64,000 nt of DNA from Octopus vulgaris (GCA_951406725.2 OX597820.1:31310001-31374000); one strand, 5' to 3'; shown: positions 13,060 to 26,629, counted from the first letter of the stretch. The notes: a model not told the origin generated them from the letters alone. Numbers and translations are program-made.

Positions 13060-13710
13060 ATATCATTATCATTTAATGTCTATTTTTCATGCTAGCATGG
13101 ACTAGACCAGTGGTTCCTAAAGTAGGTGGTATACCCAACCCCTGGAGGCAGTGGAAAGTCCCAGGGTGCATTGAAGAAAAGTGGGGCAATAATGGGGTAG
13201 CAGTTCATGAAAAAAACAACAAAATAATGGGTTCATTAGGTTAAGTTTTATTTGTGAAATACAGTTGCTTTGAATTTGCTTCAGAAAGAGGTCTATAGTT
13301 AAGGTGGGGGCACTAAGAATATAGCCTGGGTGTCAAAGGGGCAACTTCCCAAAAAGGTTTGGGAACTGCTGGACTAGACAGTTTGACAAGAGCTGGTAAG
13401 CCAGAGAGCTGCACCAGGCTCCAGTCATCTGTTTTGACTTGGTTTCTATGGCTTGATGCCCTTCCTAATGCCAACCATTTTACAGAGTGTACTGGGTGTC
13501 ACCAACATGGACTATGGCCATGATTTCACTTAGCTTGACGTGTCTTCTCAAGCATGGCAAATTGCCAGAAGTCTTGGTTGCTTGTCATTGCCTCTGTGAG
13601 GCTCAACAACCAAAGAATATTTCACCACCTCATCCCACATCTTCCTAGGTCTATCTTTTCCAGTTTTCTTCCACAATAAGACATCAGCAGTTCTTTATGC
13701 AGCTGCTCTG
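13060..13710 (-). mobile_element. RTE-clade LINE 3' fragment (ORF C-terminus, 3' UTR, short-repeat tail), interrupted by a hAT MITE
   Basis: Minus strand translates with frameshifts to ...RPRKMWDEVV...LTEAMTSNQDFWQFAMLEKTRQAK* (stop at 13526-13528). This resembles the GRPxxxWxxxV...DRxxWR C-terminus of RTE ORFs. It ends in an (ATG)-like repeat tail. Confidence 0.7.
13108..13371. mobile_element. hAT (Buster/Charlie-type) MITE
   Basis: TIRs cagtggttccta / tgggaactgctg with a perfect 8-bp TSD gactagac (13100-13107 and 13372-13379). Confidence 0.9.
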
Positions 13711-13719
13711 ATATATTTA

Positions 13720-13930
13720 ACACGCCAGGTGAAATGCTTAGCGGTATTTTGCCTGCCGTTACATTCTGAGTTCAAATTCCGCAGAGGTTGTCTTTGCCTT
13801 TCATCCTTTCGGGGTCAATTAAATAAGTACCAGTTACACACTGGGGTCGATATACTCGACTTAATCCGTTTGTCTGTCCTTGTTTGTCCTCTCTGTGTTT
13901 AGCCCCTTCTGGGTAGTAAAGAAATAGGTA
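13720..13930 (+). mobile_element. SINE family B, 5'-clipped young copy
   Basis: gagttcaaattcc B-box-like motif, gcctttcatcctttcggggtc core and ...agccccttctgggtagtaaagaaata tail. Near-identical to 53217-53449 and 62414-62592. Confidence 0.88.
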
Positions 13931-14429
13931 TTTATATTACCCTAATATATTTAGAGTAATGGTTGGCCGAATTGATAGGGCATTGAATAAGATACTTTGT
14001 GGTGGTTGCTTACATATCCTATATCCTACCGAGATCAATTTTTCCCTGTCTTCCCTACCAGGATAGACAAAATAATAATGGCCATCTCTCTCACTCTCTT
14101 TCCCTCATGAACACAACACAAACAGATTATCAGTATGTGCAGCAGAGCCATAAGATGCAAAGATGCATCAAGCAAAAAGCGATGACACTAACATTTCTGC
14201 AAGGATAGTCAGTGTTAATTACCACCACCACTATCATTACTACTACTACTACCACAACAACAACTGCAGCTGTCACCTTGTCTGCACCTTGTAATAAATG
14301 TACTGCATTTCATTCTTATTGCTGCACAGAGAGCAGAAACTGTTGTTAATGGCAACCATTAATGAATGGCCTCATCAGCAGTAGCTTCAAAATAAATAAC
14401 AATGCTTTCTGTTAAAGAAAAAGGCTAAT

Positions 14430-14820
14430 AACATTAAAAAGGTAAATTTAGTCAATGTTATTAAACCCCAGTGCTAGTACTTAATTTTATTAACACTGGA
14501 GGGATGAAAGGCTTGACTTAGGCAGGATTTGAACTCACAATGTAAACAGCCAGAACAAATGCTGCAAGGCATTACTGCTGTTACTCTAACGATTCAGCTA
14601 GCTTACAGCTTTAATAATAACAAAAATGGTTTCGAAATTTTGCACAAGGACAGCAATTTTACATCAAACCCCAATGCTCAACTCATGCTTATTTTATTGA
14701 TCCTGAAATGACGAAAGGTAAAGACAGCCTTGGTGGAATTTGAACTCAGGACATAAAAAACAGACAAAATGCTGCTAAGCATTTTGTCCAGCATGCTAAC
14801 AATTCTACCAGCTCACATCC

Positions 14821-14863
<43 letters not shown>

Positions 14864-15547
14864 TGATGATGATGATTTCGAAATTTGACACAAGGCCAGC
14901 AATTTCCAAGGGAATGGGGAAGTCATTTACAATGCACCAATGTTCAACTGGTACTTATTTTATCATCCCCAACAAATGAAAGGCAAAGTCAACCTTGGTA
15001 GAATTTGAACTAAGAATATGAAAAGAAGACGAAATGCTGCCATGCATATTGCTTGGTGTACTAATGATTCTGCCAGATTGCAGCTTAAAAAATCCTTTCT
15101 GCTGGAAGCACAAGGTCTCAAATTTGGGAAATTGGAGGAAGGGATTAAGTTGATTACATTGACCCCAGTAGCTAACAGGTACTTAATTAACCCCAAAAGG
15201 ATGAAAAGCAAAGTCGATCTCAGCGGTATTTGAACTCAGAACGCTGCAGCAGATGAAATACTGCTAAGCATTTCGTCGGGTGTGCTAATGGTTCTACCAG
15301 CTCAGATGTGCCTTTGCTTGCAGCTTAAATCATAAGTTTTTGAAATTTGGCAGAAGGTCAGCAATTTTCGAGGGAGTCAGTAAGTCAATCACATCATGCC
15401 AGCGGTCAACTTGTGCTTATTTTACTGACCCTGAATGGATGAAAAGCAAAGCTGACCTCAACAGCATTTGAACTCAAAATGTAAAAAGTGGGAAGAAATG
15501 CCACTAAGCACTTTGCCCGATGTGTTAATTCTGCCAGCTCACTGCCT
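14430..15547 (-). mobile_element. Head-to-tail train of about five SINE family B copies
   Basis: Repeating ~200-bp unit (cacaaggccagcaattt...gatgaaaggcaaagtc...atttgaactca...ctaagcatttt...tgccagctc), partly separated by (AAT)n. Confidence 0.85.
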
Positions 15548-16300
15548 TTGCTTTCATAATAATCATGATGATCTTTATATAATAATTGCCACTGTAATGT
15601 TGATTGGTTGATTCATCCAGCCAAGCTTTATACCATATAGAGAAATGAGGGACAGAATCACAGAGAGATACAGAGATGTAGGATGATAGCACATACTAGG
15701 GTAGGTGACAGTCAATGAGTAAATGAACACACACACAAACACACACACACACACACAGTGAAAGAGATAAACTCAGAGACAGAGAAGAGGGAGTATATGT
15801 ACGTTTATACAAACACACACACACATTATTCACACACACTCATATAATCTTTGTCAGTATTCTAGTCAGGAAACAGATCATTGAATTTCAGAGCAATGTT
15901 TAAGAAATCTGCCAAAACTGAAGCAGTAATCACATTTGAAAATATGCCCTAGTTGCAAGAATATTTCTGAATAGGATAATTTTTCAAAAGATTCACAGTG
16001 GTGTAGAGTACTACTTCAAAAAGAGATATAAGAGATATGGAGCAGAGAGAGAGAGAGAGAAATAGGGAATTCAAGGTCAATCTATGCCAAGTGATTTCAC
16101 AGCATACCTTAGCTCCATTACTATAGCAACAGTTGATACATTATGATCAGACATCGTATATAGGAAACAGTGAATAAAACATTCACTGGTATTGCAAAAG
16201 CTTGTTGGGCTGTAAAAAAAAACTGTGTGTGCAAATGAAACAGCATTGTATATAATTTATTCATTCGTTTGAAGTAGGAGCAGTACCCATATGTTGTCAA

Positions 16301-16507
16301 CTCTCTTGTATTTAAACTGACCATATCTGACCCAAACAGCCTCCCTAATCTATGTTCAAACTGTCTGGATCTGGCCTCTTACAATGGCATTCTAAAAATA
16401 AACAATCACATTATCAGAGTCTTGAAACTGAGATAATGCATGATTAATTCAAAATAATGTGAACAAATAAGCATTAAATTTGATGGAGTAATCTGAAAAC
16501 TATAGGG
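16301..16507. mobile_element. piggyBac-type MITE, diverged
   Basis: Body is homologous to 45336-45555. Ends in ataggg|ttaa. Confidence 0.7.
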
Positions 16508-17102
16508 TTAAACTCTCTACATTATCAATTCATTAGTTGCAGGTAGGAGCAGCAAGCCAAAGATTTCTAAAGTGTCCCTAAACCAGAATTGACAGGATTA
16601 ATTAGGTGAGGTGAGTGATATGAATTTTTAAATATTCAATTTGAATTATTGCTTATTGGGGCCATCTCATTGACAGATACTCATATATCAATATTTATAA
16701 ACTCCCTGCCACCACTAATAGTATTCCATTACACAATAGGAGTCTTTTGAACTGTAAATTTTTCCCAAGTTATCAAAGAACATATGTTACCAGCAACATC
16801 ACACACACACACACACAAAAACATAAATAAAATAAAAACCCATTGCCTTTCACCATCAGTTTTACATCTGTGTCTCTGTAGGCTAACTGAAGATATACTA
16901 CAACATATACGTAGATGGATAAATAACATTTGATTCCATGACCACGTAAAGTACAAAGGTTGTTAAAAATCATTAACATAACATCTGAATTAACATCTGT
17001 CTTTTCATGTTGTAATAGCTTAGTCAGGCTTGCATGATTGTATACATTTAGCAAGACATTAAAATCTCACATGTCTGAGCCAACAAGAGAGACCCTCTAC
17101 AC

Positions 17103-17390
17103 CAGTGTTTTTCAATCACTTTATACCTATGGACTCTTTGATTCCCATTTTATTTAGATGGACCCTCATAGCCATTTGATATTTAAAGAATTGCTATTAT
17201 ATTTTTATAATCAAATTTATTAGAAATTGAATAAAAAAACTGTTAAAATATTTTGTGTATTGTAGAAGTGTAACCAATTTATTGAAGGATAAATTTTAAC
17301 AAAGGCCATATCGACTCCCAAGGGCTGTGTGAACTCCCAACGGCTGTGTGGACTCCCAACGGCCATATAGATCCCGGGTGAGAGCTACTG
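17103..17390. mobile_element. hAT (Buster/Charlie-type) MITE
   Basis: cagtgtttttca ... tgagagctactg with a perfect 8-bp TSD ctctacac (17095-17102 and 17391-17398). Subterminal ~19-bp tandem repeats (ggctgtgtggactcccaac). Confidence 0.9.
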
Positions 17391-17514
17391 CTCTACACAA
17401 ATAGCTAATATATTACTGGTAATTATTTTATTGACTTTGAAATGACGAAAAGGGCAAAGTTGAACCCAACATGATTTAAATTCTGGTAGTAAATGAATAT
17501 ACATGTAAAAAGTA

Positions 17515-17732
17515 TTCGTGTGAGGGTGGTTGCAATGTAAAGAGCACTGGTGGTGGTGCTACATAAAAAGCACCCAGTACACACTGTAAAGTGGTTGGCA
17601 TTAGGAAGGGCATCTGACTGTAGAAACCAAATCAAATAGACTATGGAACCTGGTGTGGCCCCTGACTTTGCCAGTTCTTGTCAAGCCATCCAAGCCAGCA
17701 TGGAAAACAGATTAAATGATGATTGATGATGT
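17515..17732 (+). mobile_element. RTE-type 3' UTR/tail fragment
   Basis: Same 3' sequence as follows the RTE ORF end at 13380-13510 (agcacccagtacac...ggttggcattaggaagggcatc...ccagcatggaaaa...atgatga). Another copy at ~47570-47805. Confidence 0.65.
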
Positions 17733-18139
17733 TCAGTACTCTTTCAAATTCTATCATCCACCTCTCTTTTAATAACAAAACCAATATAATTAACCTTAGT
17801 TGTATTCATAAAAACGAGGCCATGCACCTCAATTACAGGAAATTATGCTATTGTTGCTTATCCCTTGGTCATTTCCAGTCAAAGGCATTCCAACTGACAT
17901 TTTGCCTTTTTAGAGATATCTTGGACAAGATGTTTTGTTTTTTTTAAGCTTGACTGATATTTCTGGCAGGGAGAGTGAAGGTTTGGAGAATCCCTCACTG
18001 CCTTTATCATTATGATGGCAGATGAGATGGTGGTTGAGCAGAATCATTAGCATGTTGGACAAAATGCTTGAGGCATTTCTTCTGGTCCCTTACTTTCTCA
18101 GTCAAAATCCTACCAACATCTTGTAATAATTAACAGGAC

Positions 18140-19997
18140 TTGATTTCAGAACATATAGACTATAAGTGAAGCTGTGAGGCATTTTGTCTGATGCTCTAAC
18201 AATTCTGCCAATCCATGACCCAAATATTTTCTAGTAATAGGTACAGGGCCACAGATCTGAGGGGAGGGGTTTGTAAAAATAATTGTTTTATTTGTCATAA
18301 AAGCAAATGAAAAGAAACTACAAAGATTAGATGAAATGTGGATAATAATAATTCTAATTTAGACTGAAAGCCAGTATTTTTGAAGGAAGTGTCATCAGTC
18401 TATTACATTGATCCTACTACTTGACTAATATTTTATTTTACCAACCCCAAAAAGATGAAAGAAAGACAAATCTGACCACTGCAGGATTTGAATTCAAAAT
18501 GTACAGAACCAGAACAAATACTGGTTTCAAATTGTGGCATAAGACCAGCAAGTTTGGGGGAGGGATTAAGTTGATTACATCAATCCCAGTACTCAACTGG
18601 TACTTATTTTATCAACTCTGAAAAAGAGGAAAGACAAAGTCGACCTCAGCAGATTTGAACTCTGAACGTAAGGATGGAGCAAATGCCACAAGGCATTTTG
18701 CTCAATTGAATGATTTAGCTAATCCATCACTCTTGATAGTCAATAATAAGAATTCTTTCAAATTTTGGTACAAGGCCAGTAATTTTGAGAAGAGTGGGAA
18801 GTTGATTACTAACCAGTACTTGTCTGGTATTTTATCACTCCTGAAAGGATAAAAGGCAAAACTGTCCTCAGCTGAATTTGAACTCAGAATGTAAAGAGCC
18901 AGAAGAAATGCCATTAAGCATTTTGTCTGTCATACTTACAATTCTGCCAACTCACTACCTTAATAATAATAATAATAATAAATGCCCTGGTGCAGTACCA
19001 GGCAGGGCTCTCATGGTTTCTAAACTGATTGGAAGTGTTACCATGTACATGTTTTATTGTGATATAAAAGATGGGCTACAACAAATACTCTGCTCAATAC
19101 CACAGATTTGCTTGTCGGTTGTTTGACCATAACCAGTTGAGCATATCCCTTAGTGGCTGGTGATATGTGCATCTCTGATCATGAGCAGAAGTGGTGGGGG
19201 AGCATCAAGAGTCATGTGTTGAGAGGAATTCTTTGGGGTTTGGATAATTCATCTTTGGAAACATGGGCGTTTCAGTCAACATCTTTAACCGATCCTTATT
19301 CAGGGACTTTTTGAGTGGGTTGTGCTACTCAATCTGAACAAAATTCTAACTGGGCCCCACCTGCAAGGTCATGTGCTGTTTATCTTGGTATGAGATGGGT
19401 AATCATGATTGTTACACTGGGCTTCGTGTATTTTAGCCCAGTGTCACTATTATGGCATTCATTGCTTTCTCACTCAATAATAATAATGATCCATTCTAAT
19501 ATAGGTAAATGGCCTGAAATTTTGGAGAAGGGGGCTAGTCATTTATATCAACCCCAGTACTTAGCTGGTACTTATTTTATTGACCACAAAAATATAAAAG
19601 GCAAAGTTGACTCCAGCAGAATTTGTACTCAAAACAAAGATGGATGAAATGCCGCTATGCATTTTGTCTGATATGCTAACAATTTTGCCAGCTCACAAAT
19701 GATTTATTTGCCACCAGGGTGACAGATGAGGAGGAGGATATAAAGATGAATAATAATAATAATAATAATAATGATAATAATAATGTCTTCAAATTTTGGC
19801 ACAAGGCCAGCAGGTTTGAGGAAGGAGCCAAGTCGATTAAATTGACCCCATTTTTCAACTGGTACTTAATTTATCAACCCCAAAAGGATGAAAGGTAAAG
19901 TTGGCCCCAGTGGAATTTGAACTCAGAGTGTAAAGATGGATGAAATGCCTTTAAGCATTTCACCTGGCATGTTAATGACTCTGCCAGCTCACCACCT
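18140..19997 (-). mobile_element. Second train of SINE family B copies, interrupted by a ~500-bp insertion in an (AAT)n spacer
   Basis: Units at about 18350-18515, 18522-18730, 18755-18960, 19488-19695 and 19786-19997, separated by (AAT)n. Confidence 0.8.
18981..19475. mobile_element. Unclassified ~500-bp insertion flanked by (AAT)n
   Basis: More GC-balanced block with (AAT)n on both sides and stem-loops near each end (18983-19003 and 19411-19447). No second copy in the window. Confidence 0.5.
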
Positions 19998-21454
19998 AAT
20001 AATAAAGTGCTATAATTATTTTCCACACTAAAAATAAAAAAATATGGTGAAAATATTTGTGAATGGATTGAAAACAATTGAAATTCTAATATTGGCTGAA
20101 TTTACAGTAGGCTCTGAATAGATTCTCTAAAGGAGATAGTCGAAGGAATTGGACAACTGATTATAAAGTCAACAGTTCATACCATGAACACTCAGTAATG
20201 TAATTAATATATCAGCTTTTAATCAATATGCTTAGTTAATCAATCAATCAATGTTTCATTTATCATATCAGGCAAATAAGATGATTTAGTCAATTGCTTG
20301 AAATTTTCCTGGTAAGTGGTTTTCAAGTTAAGAGATTGGCTCTTGTGATTTCGAGAGGAAAGGGGAAGGATTGGTGTCTTGTTTTGTAGTGTCAGGAAGG
20401 ATTTAGATTTGACCACTGAATAAAGGCTTAAAACAATTATACCATTCCTACACAGCCAAAGGAAATAAACTATACTGATACTTGACCTGCTAGAAATAGT
20501 AACTAAATCTCTCTCAAGTCACATGCTAGTATCTTAGGAAAGAAGGGTACATTGAATAATGTAGTCCTAGGTGCATTGTGATTACAAAAAATGTATGTTA
20601 GATATGACTAGAATGCATTCTCAATCAGGGATGACCTGGAATTTAACAACAACTAATGTTTTGTAACCATTTGTGCCTATCCATAACGGAGTAGATTGGC
20701 TGGGTATGTGGTTTGGAGATCTTAGCTAAAAGATACAAATTGTTGCCACACACCCAGTCTTTTGGCCTGCTAGCCAACCAATACATGCTACTGATTCCTA
20801 ATTGGTAGCTTGTAAACCCAATGACTCCTAATCCAGTTGTAGGAACATCCTACATAACCGTAAATTCAGGATATTATATTGAATATTCCAATTTTTAAAG
20901 GAGAAATGCCACAAAAAACAAAAGAAACAAAGGGGGGGGGGAGAAACCTCAAATATTTTGTTTAACTCATGAAACATTCTAATTACCTTTAGAGTTTTGG
21001 GTTTCTATCACACTTCTACCCATGCATACACATGACATTGGAAACTTTGAAATTTCAAATAATTGACAACTCATAAATTATCTGCGAATCTTGTGAAAAT
21101 GTGAATAAGCTATCATCACATCAAGTCACCACCCACACATGATCTCTCTATCAGACTGTCTATCCATCCTCTCTCTCCCTCTCAATATCATAGAAACATT
21201 ATCCAATCTAAGAAGCCAATTAACTTTAGATCCTATCTTCGTTAATGACAGACTAAACTGTCATAAATGTCTAATCAGCTTGCTGTAGATAATGCATAAC
21301 AGTTAATAAAGTTTGGCATACACTGAGTTTCTCATCTCAGTATATCTGTGTGACTTTGTTAAGTGAGTGTATGGACATATATATCACACACATACCTGTA
21401 TGTTTATATAAACACACATTTCTCTAGACCTGTATGTTTATATGTTTCATATAT

Positions 21455-21810
21455 TCTTTTATTCTTTTGTTTCAGTCATTTGACTGCGGCCATGCTGGAG
21501 CACTGCCTTTAGTCAAACAAATTGACCCCAGGACTTATTCTTTGTAAGCCTAGTACTTATTCTATTGTCTCTCTTGCCAAACTGTTAAGTTACAGGGACA
21601 TAAACACACCAACATCGGTTGTCAAGCAATAGTGAGGGGATAAGCAGAAACACACAAATACATACATACACACACACACACACATATATATACATACACA
21701 TATGATGGGTTTCTTTCAGTTTCAGTCTACCAAATCCATTCACAAGGCTTTGGTTGGCCCAAGGCTATAATAGAAGACACTTGCTCAAGGTGCCACACAG
21801 TGAGACTATG
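21455..21810 (-). mobile_element. SINE family A, head-truncated
   Basis: 3' module, hinge and core are present. The sequence stops within the tRNA-like head. Confidence 0.85.
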
Positions 21811-22130
21811 GTCGTATATTTATCTATAATCTATGTGTGTGTGCAGGCATGGATGCTTCCCAAACACAGTTTCAAGCTCAGACTTAGTGTGACAATGTGG
21901 GTAAATGTCTTCTATAGCTTTGAACCTATCAAAACCTTGTGAGTGAATTTCACAGATTGAAATGAAAGAAGACTAATGTACATGTGTGTGAGTGTGTACC
22001 TGTATGTATATGTATTATATATGCTTGCTTGTGTGTGTGTTTGTATGTATGTGTTACTGTCTCCCTGCCTGACATCATATGATAGAGTTATTTACAAGAT
22101 CAGTATCTTAATATAGTTAATGCTAAATAA

Positions 22131-22342
22131 GGCGTCGAGCTGGCAGGAACATTAGCACGTCAGGTGAAATGCTTAGCTGTATTTCGTTTGTCTCTATGTT
22201 CTGAGTTCAAGTGCTGCTGCGGCCGACTTTGCCTTTCATCCTTTTGGGGTCGATAAATTAAGTACCAGTTGCATACGGGGGTCGATCTAATCGACTGGAC
22301 CCCTCCCCAAAAATTTCAGGCCTTGTGCCTAGAGTAGAAAAG
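22131..22342 (+). mobile_element. Young full-length SINE family B with 19-bp TSD
   Basis: Head ggcgtcgagctggcagga...gagttcaagt and core gcctttcatccttttggggtcgataaattaagtaccag. Direct repeat aatatagttaatgctaaat at 22110-22128 and 22343-22361. Confidence 0.92.
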
Positions 22343-22764
22343 AATATAGTTAATGCTAAATTTGAATTGTTGCAGGTGAGTGGTTGAAGAAAAAAATACT
22401 ATAGGGATTCATTTTGCAGATGAAGGATCGGATGAGGAAAACAATATGTGCAGTATAGGATCTTGAGCAATGGACCGAAACTGCATAGATTTCAGTAGAA
22501 ATATGAAATGGTAAGGTCATTGAAGCTGAAGTTAAAAAATGGGCCAGGACCTGGGGTGGTGGTGGGGAATTAAAAAGATCAGTTTCATTTGAGAGAAGTG
22601 GGGAAGAGGTGGGGGTTGTAAAGGGGTGAAGGTTGGGGTTGGTGGTAAAGGGGGAGAGCTGGGAGTGGCAAGGGGGAGGATGGAAAAGGGGCAGAGGTGG
22701 GGGTGGTGGCAAATGGGCAGAGACCAGGAAAGTGGCAAACAGGCAGAGGGAATAATTGACAAAG

Positions 22765-22768
<4 letters not shown>

Positions 22769-22804
<36 letters not shown>

Positions 22805-22950
22805 GAGAGAGAGAGTGAGAGAAAGAGAGAGAGAGTGAGAAAGAGAGAGAGAGTGAGAAAGAGAGAGAGTGAGAAAGAGAGAGAGTGAGAAAGAGAGAGA
22901 GTGAGAAAGAGAGAGAGTGATAAAGAGAGAGAGAGAGAAAGAGAGAGAGA
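22769..22950 (+). repeat. (GA)n microsatellite evolving into a ~14-16-bp gagtgagaaagagaga minisatellite
   Basis: Directly visible tandem units. Confidence 0.95.
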
Positions 22951-23564
22951 AATAGAAAGTGAGAAAATGTTAGATAGAGATTGATAAATTGCAGAAATAT
23001 CTAGCCATCTAAAAATAACAGATCATTGTTAAAAAAATAAAAACAACTTTTGAGAAAAATACTGGAATCAAAGAGTATTTAAAAGAATAACAGAAATAAA
23101 AATGGAAGTTTTATGTTGAAAAATTGTAGCATATAGGACGAAAAAGAAATTATTTCAATTCCTGAACCATCTTCCATAATTGTATATCACAGTTTTCTCT
23201 CTCTTGGCATTTATCTAGTTATGCACCAATTCTTATTCAATTTATATTAAGAGAATAAAGAAAAGAACACAAACTAGTGGAGCTTTGTTGTAATAGTAGT
23301 AGAAGTTCAGCTCAGAGTAATAATTATAAATAAGAAAATAATATTAACAGTAATGTTATATATTAAACTTGACAGCTGAACAAGTAGTTCATACATTTTG
23401 TAGCATAGTTGGCCACATTGAAATAAAACAACTTTTAAGGTATTTTTGTATATTTACTTTGATTTGTATAATAGTAATAATGGATAATTCTTTCTACCAA
23501 AGGCACAAAACCTGGAATTTTGGCTAGATGGGCCTAGTCAATTACATCATCCCAAATATGTTGC

Positions 23565-23875
23565 TCACTCCTGTTTCAGTCATTTGACTGCGGCTATGCT
23601 GGAGCACCACCTTTCAGGTGAAGAAATCAACCCCAGGACTTATCCTTTGTAAGCTTGGTACTCATTTTATTGGTTTCTTTTGCCAAACCATTAAGTTATG
23701 GGGATATAAACAGACCAACATTGGTTGTCAAGTGATGGTTGGGGAACCAACACAGACACAAAGACATACAAATACACACACACACACACACACATAGATA
23801 TATATATATATATAAAATATGAATTACAGATAAAACCACTATTATGCAACTCAAATAGTTTGGAGCTATACTCCC

Positions 23876-23916
<41 letters not shown>

Positions 23917-24047
23917 GACAGGCTTCTTTCAGTTTCCATCTACCAAATCCACTAAAGGCTTTGGTTAGCCCAAGGTGCCATGCTGTGGGACTAAACCCAG
24001 AACCATGTGGTTGGGAAGCAAGCTTCTTACCACACAGCCACTCCTGC
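23565..24047 (-). mobile_element. SINE family A with a foreign insert in its (TA)n hinge
   Basis: Both SINE halves are present. 23814-23900 is non-SINE sequence inside the microsatellite. Confidence 0.85.
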
Positions 24048-24049
24048 TT

Positions 24050-24670
24050 GCAAAGTTGGGTTTGGTGGTATTTGAACTCGTACATGAAGGAGCTGGAAGA
24101 AATACTCAAACATTTCCTCAGATGTACTAACAATTTCCCCAGTTCACCACCTTAATAATGGTTTCAAATTTTGGCACAAGGCCAGCAGTTTTGGAGAAGT
24201 TAAGCTGTTTACATCAGCCCCAGTGCTTCACTAGTAATTATTTTATTGATCCTGAAATGATGAAAGGCAAAGTTGACTTCAGTGGAATTTGAACTCAGAA
24301 CACGAAGATAGATGAAATACTGCTAAGCATTTCACCTGGCATGCTAACAATTCTGCCAGCTTGTTGCCCTCACCTTAATAATAATAATTATTATAATAAT
24401 TCTTTCTAATTTTGGGTATAATGCCAGCAAATTTTAGAGGGAAGGAGTCAGTTGATTATATTGACTTCAGTACTTGGTTGCTATTTTATTATATTGATGA
24501 ACCTTGAAGGGATGAAAGGCTACGTTGACTTTGATGGTATTTGCACTCAGAACAAAAAGACAGGCAAAATATTGCTTAGCATTTTGTCGGGTATGCTAAT
24601 GGTTCTGCCACAGTTTGCTGTTTTAATAATTCTTTTTACTATAGGCACAAGGCTTGAAATTTTAGGGAAG
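24050..24670 (-). mobile_element. Third train of SINE family B copies
   Basis: Units at about 24060-24152, 24160-24365 and 24400-24612, with (AAT)n spacers. Confidence 0.8.
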
Positions 24671-25351
24671 GGTGTTACAGGCTAACATACACTACCCTCT
24701 GGGTTTATCTGAGGCTACAGTAAAAGATACATACCCAAGTATCCCAACACAGTTTGATTCCAATACAGTGGAATCAAACCCAAGACAATGATTGTGAAGT
24801 AAACTTCATAACTATTTGGCCATGCCTTCAGTATATAAAGATATAAACGACAGAAAAATAGTGTGATAAAAATTTTATTCAACAGTAAGAAAATTCAAAT
24901 ATTTTGAAAGATTTTTCTGCATTAGTGCAGACATATAATTCTTTTATCATTAAATATAATAATATATTATTATTATAAAAAGAGAGTCAAAACTATTGAA
25001 AAGGTTGCAAGATGCAACGAAAATTTTAGGACAATAAAAATAAGAAAAAAGTGGAAATTTTACCAGTGAGTGTGTTACATAATAAGGCATAAAAAGAAAA
25101 TGACTCTCCCCAGACACAACAGAATAATAATATAAATTATTTAGATGTTTTCAAGTAACAAAACAATCTGTTATATTTGAATTTTCTTATTGTTAACTAA
25201 AATTTCAAACTATTTCTGTCATTTATGACTATACACACCTTATTGTTTTCTCTAATATTGTACTATATCTATTCTAAATGTTTTATAGAATGACACATTA
25301 AGGAGTTATTTTTACAAGTACTACCGGACTACTTGAATCCATTTATTGTAA

Positions 25352-25387
<36 letters not shown>

Positions 25388-25390
<3 letters not shown>

Positions 25391-25609
25391 TCTTTTACTT
25401 GTTTCAGTCATTTGACTGTGGCCATGCTGGAGCACCACCTTTAGTTGAGCAAATCGACCCCAGGACTTATTCTTTGTAAGCCTAGTACTTATTCTATCGG
25501 TTTCTTTTGCCGAACAGCTAAGTTACGGGGACGTACACACACCAGCATTGGTTGTCAAGTGATGTTAGGGGGACAAACATAGGCACACATATATATACAC
25601 ACACATACA

Positions 25610-25652
<43 letters not shown>

Positions 25653-25802
25653 CAGGCTTCTTTCAGTTTCTGTCTACCAAATCCACTCAAAGCTTTGGTT
25701 GGCCCGAGGCTACAGTAGAAGACACTTGCCCAAGGTGCCAGGCAGTGGGACTGAACCCGGAACCATGTGGTTTGTAAGCAAGCTACTTACCACACAGCCA
25801 CT
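25388..25802 (-). mobile_element. Young SINE family A copy (a diverged copy follows at ~25826-26222)
   Basis: Near-identical to 3630-4048 and 49238-49675. Its tail abuts (TA)n. Confidence 0.92.
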
Positions 25803-26629
25803 CTTACTTTTATATATATATATTTCATCTTTTACTTATTTCAGCTGTTAGACTGTGGCCATGCTGGGGTACTGCCATGAAAGGCCTTTGTCAAATCAAT
25901 TCAAGTATTTATCTTTTTTCTAAAGTCTGGTACTTATTCTATTGATCTCTTATGCCAGACTACCAAGTTAAACAAACCAACACTGGAATGTAAACAAACC
26001 AACACTGGTTGTCGAGTGGTGGGTTGACAAACAACACAAAGGAACACATAGGTAAATTATGTGATGGGATTCTACAATTACCCCTCTACTAAATTCTCTC
26101 ACATGGCATTGATCAGCCTGGGGCTATAGTAGAGGATACTTGCTTCAAGTGCTGTGCAATGGGACTAAACCCCAAATCCTGTGGTTGCAAAGTGAGGTTC
26201 TCAACCATGTAGCTATGCCTCTGCTTTATTTTTATATATATATATATATAGATATATATATATATATATATATAGAAACACATACAAACATTTCTTCCTG
26301 CATGCACACCAAATCACATGCAAACAGAACACAATTTTACATGCACACACATACACACAAAGAGAGAGAGAGAAAAAGAGGGCAGGCAGGAAAGTGAAAG
26401 TGTGCATGCATGCGTGCATATACATGGGTTTGTGCATATCTGAAAGAATAACTTCAGACATTCAAATCTAGCCAATAACTTTTTATTTCCTCTATGTCAA
26501 GGCGACATTTCCCAGCCCATATATCCTGGTTTGAGGTTAACAGTGATGGTTGGGGGTGAGGCTGTTAGGGAATCACAAATGGTGGAAAGTTAGAACAAGA
26601 GGTTGGAATTGTCTCTTGCTGTTCTGTCT

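Noticed and set aside
14430-15547. Repeat-spacer-like periodicity suggesting a CRISPR array
   Set aside because: The units are ~200-bp diverged SINE copies in eukaryotic DNA, with no short identical repeats, unique spacers or cas genes.
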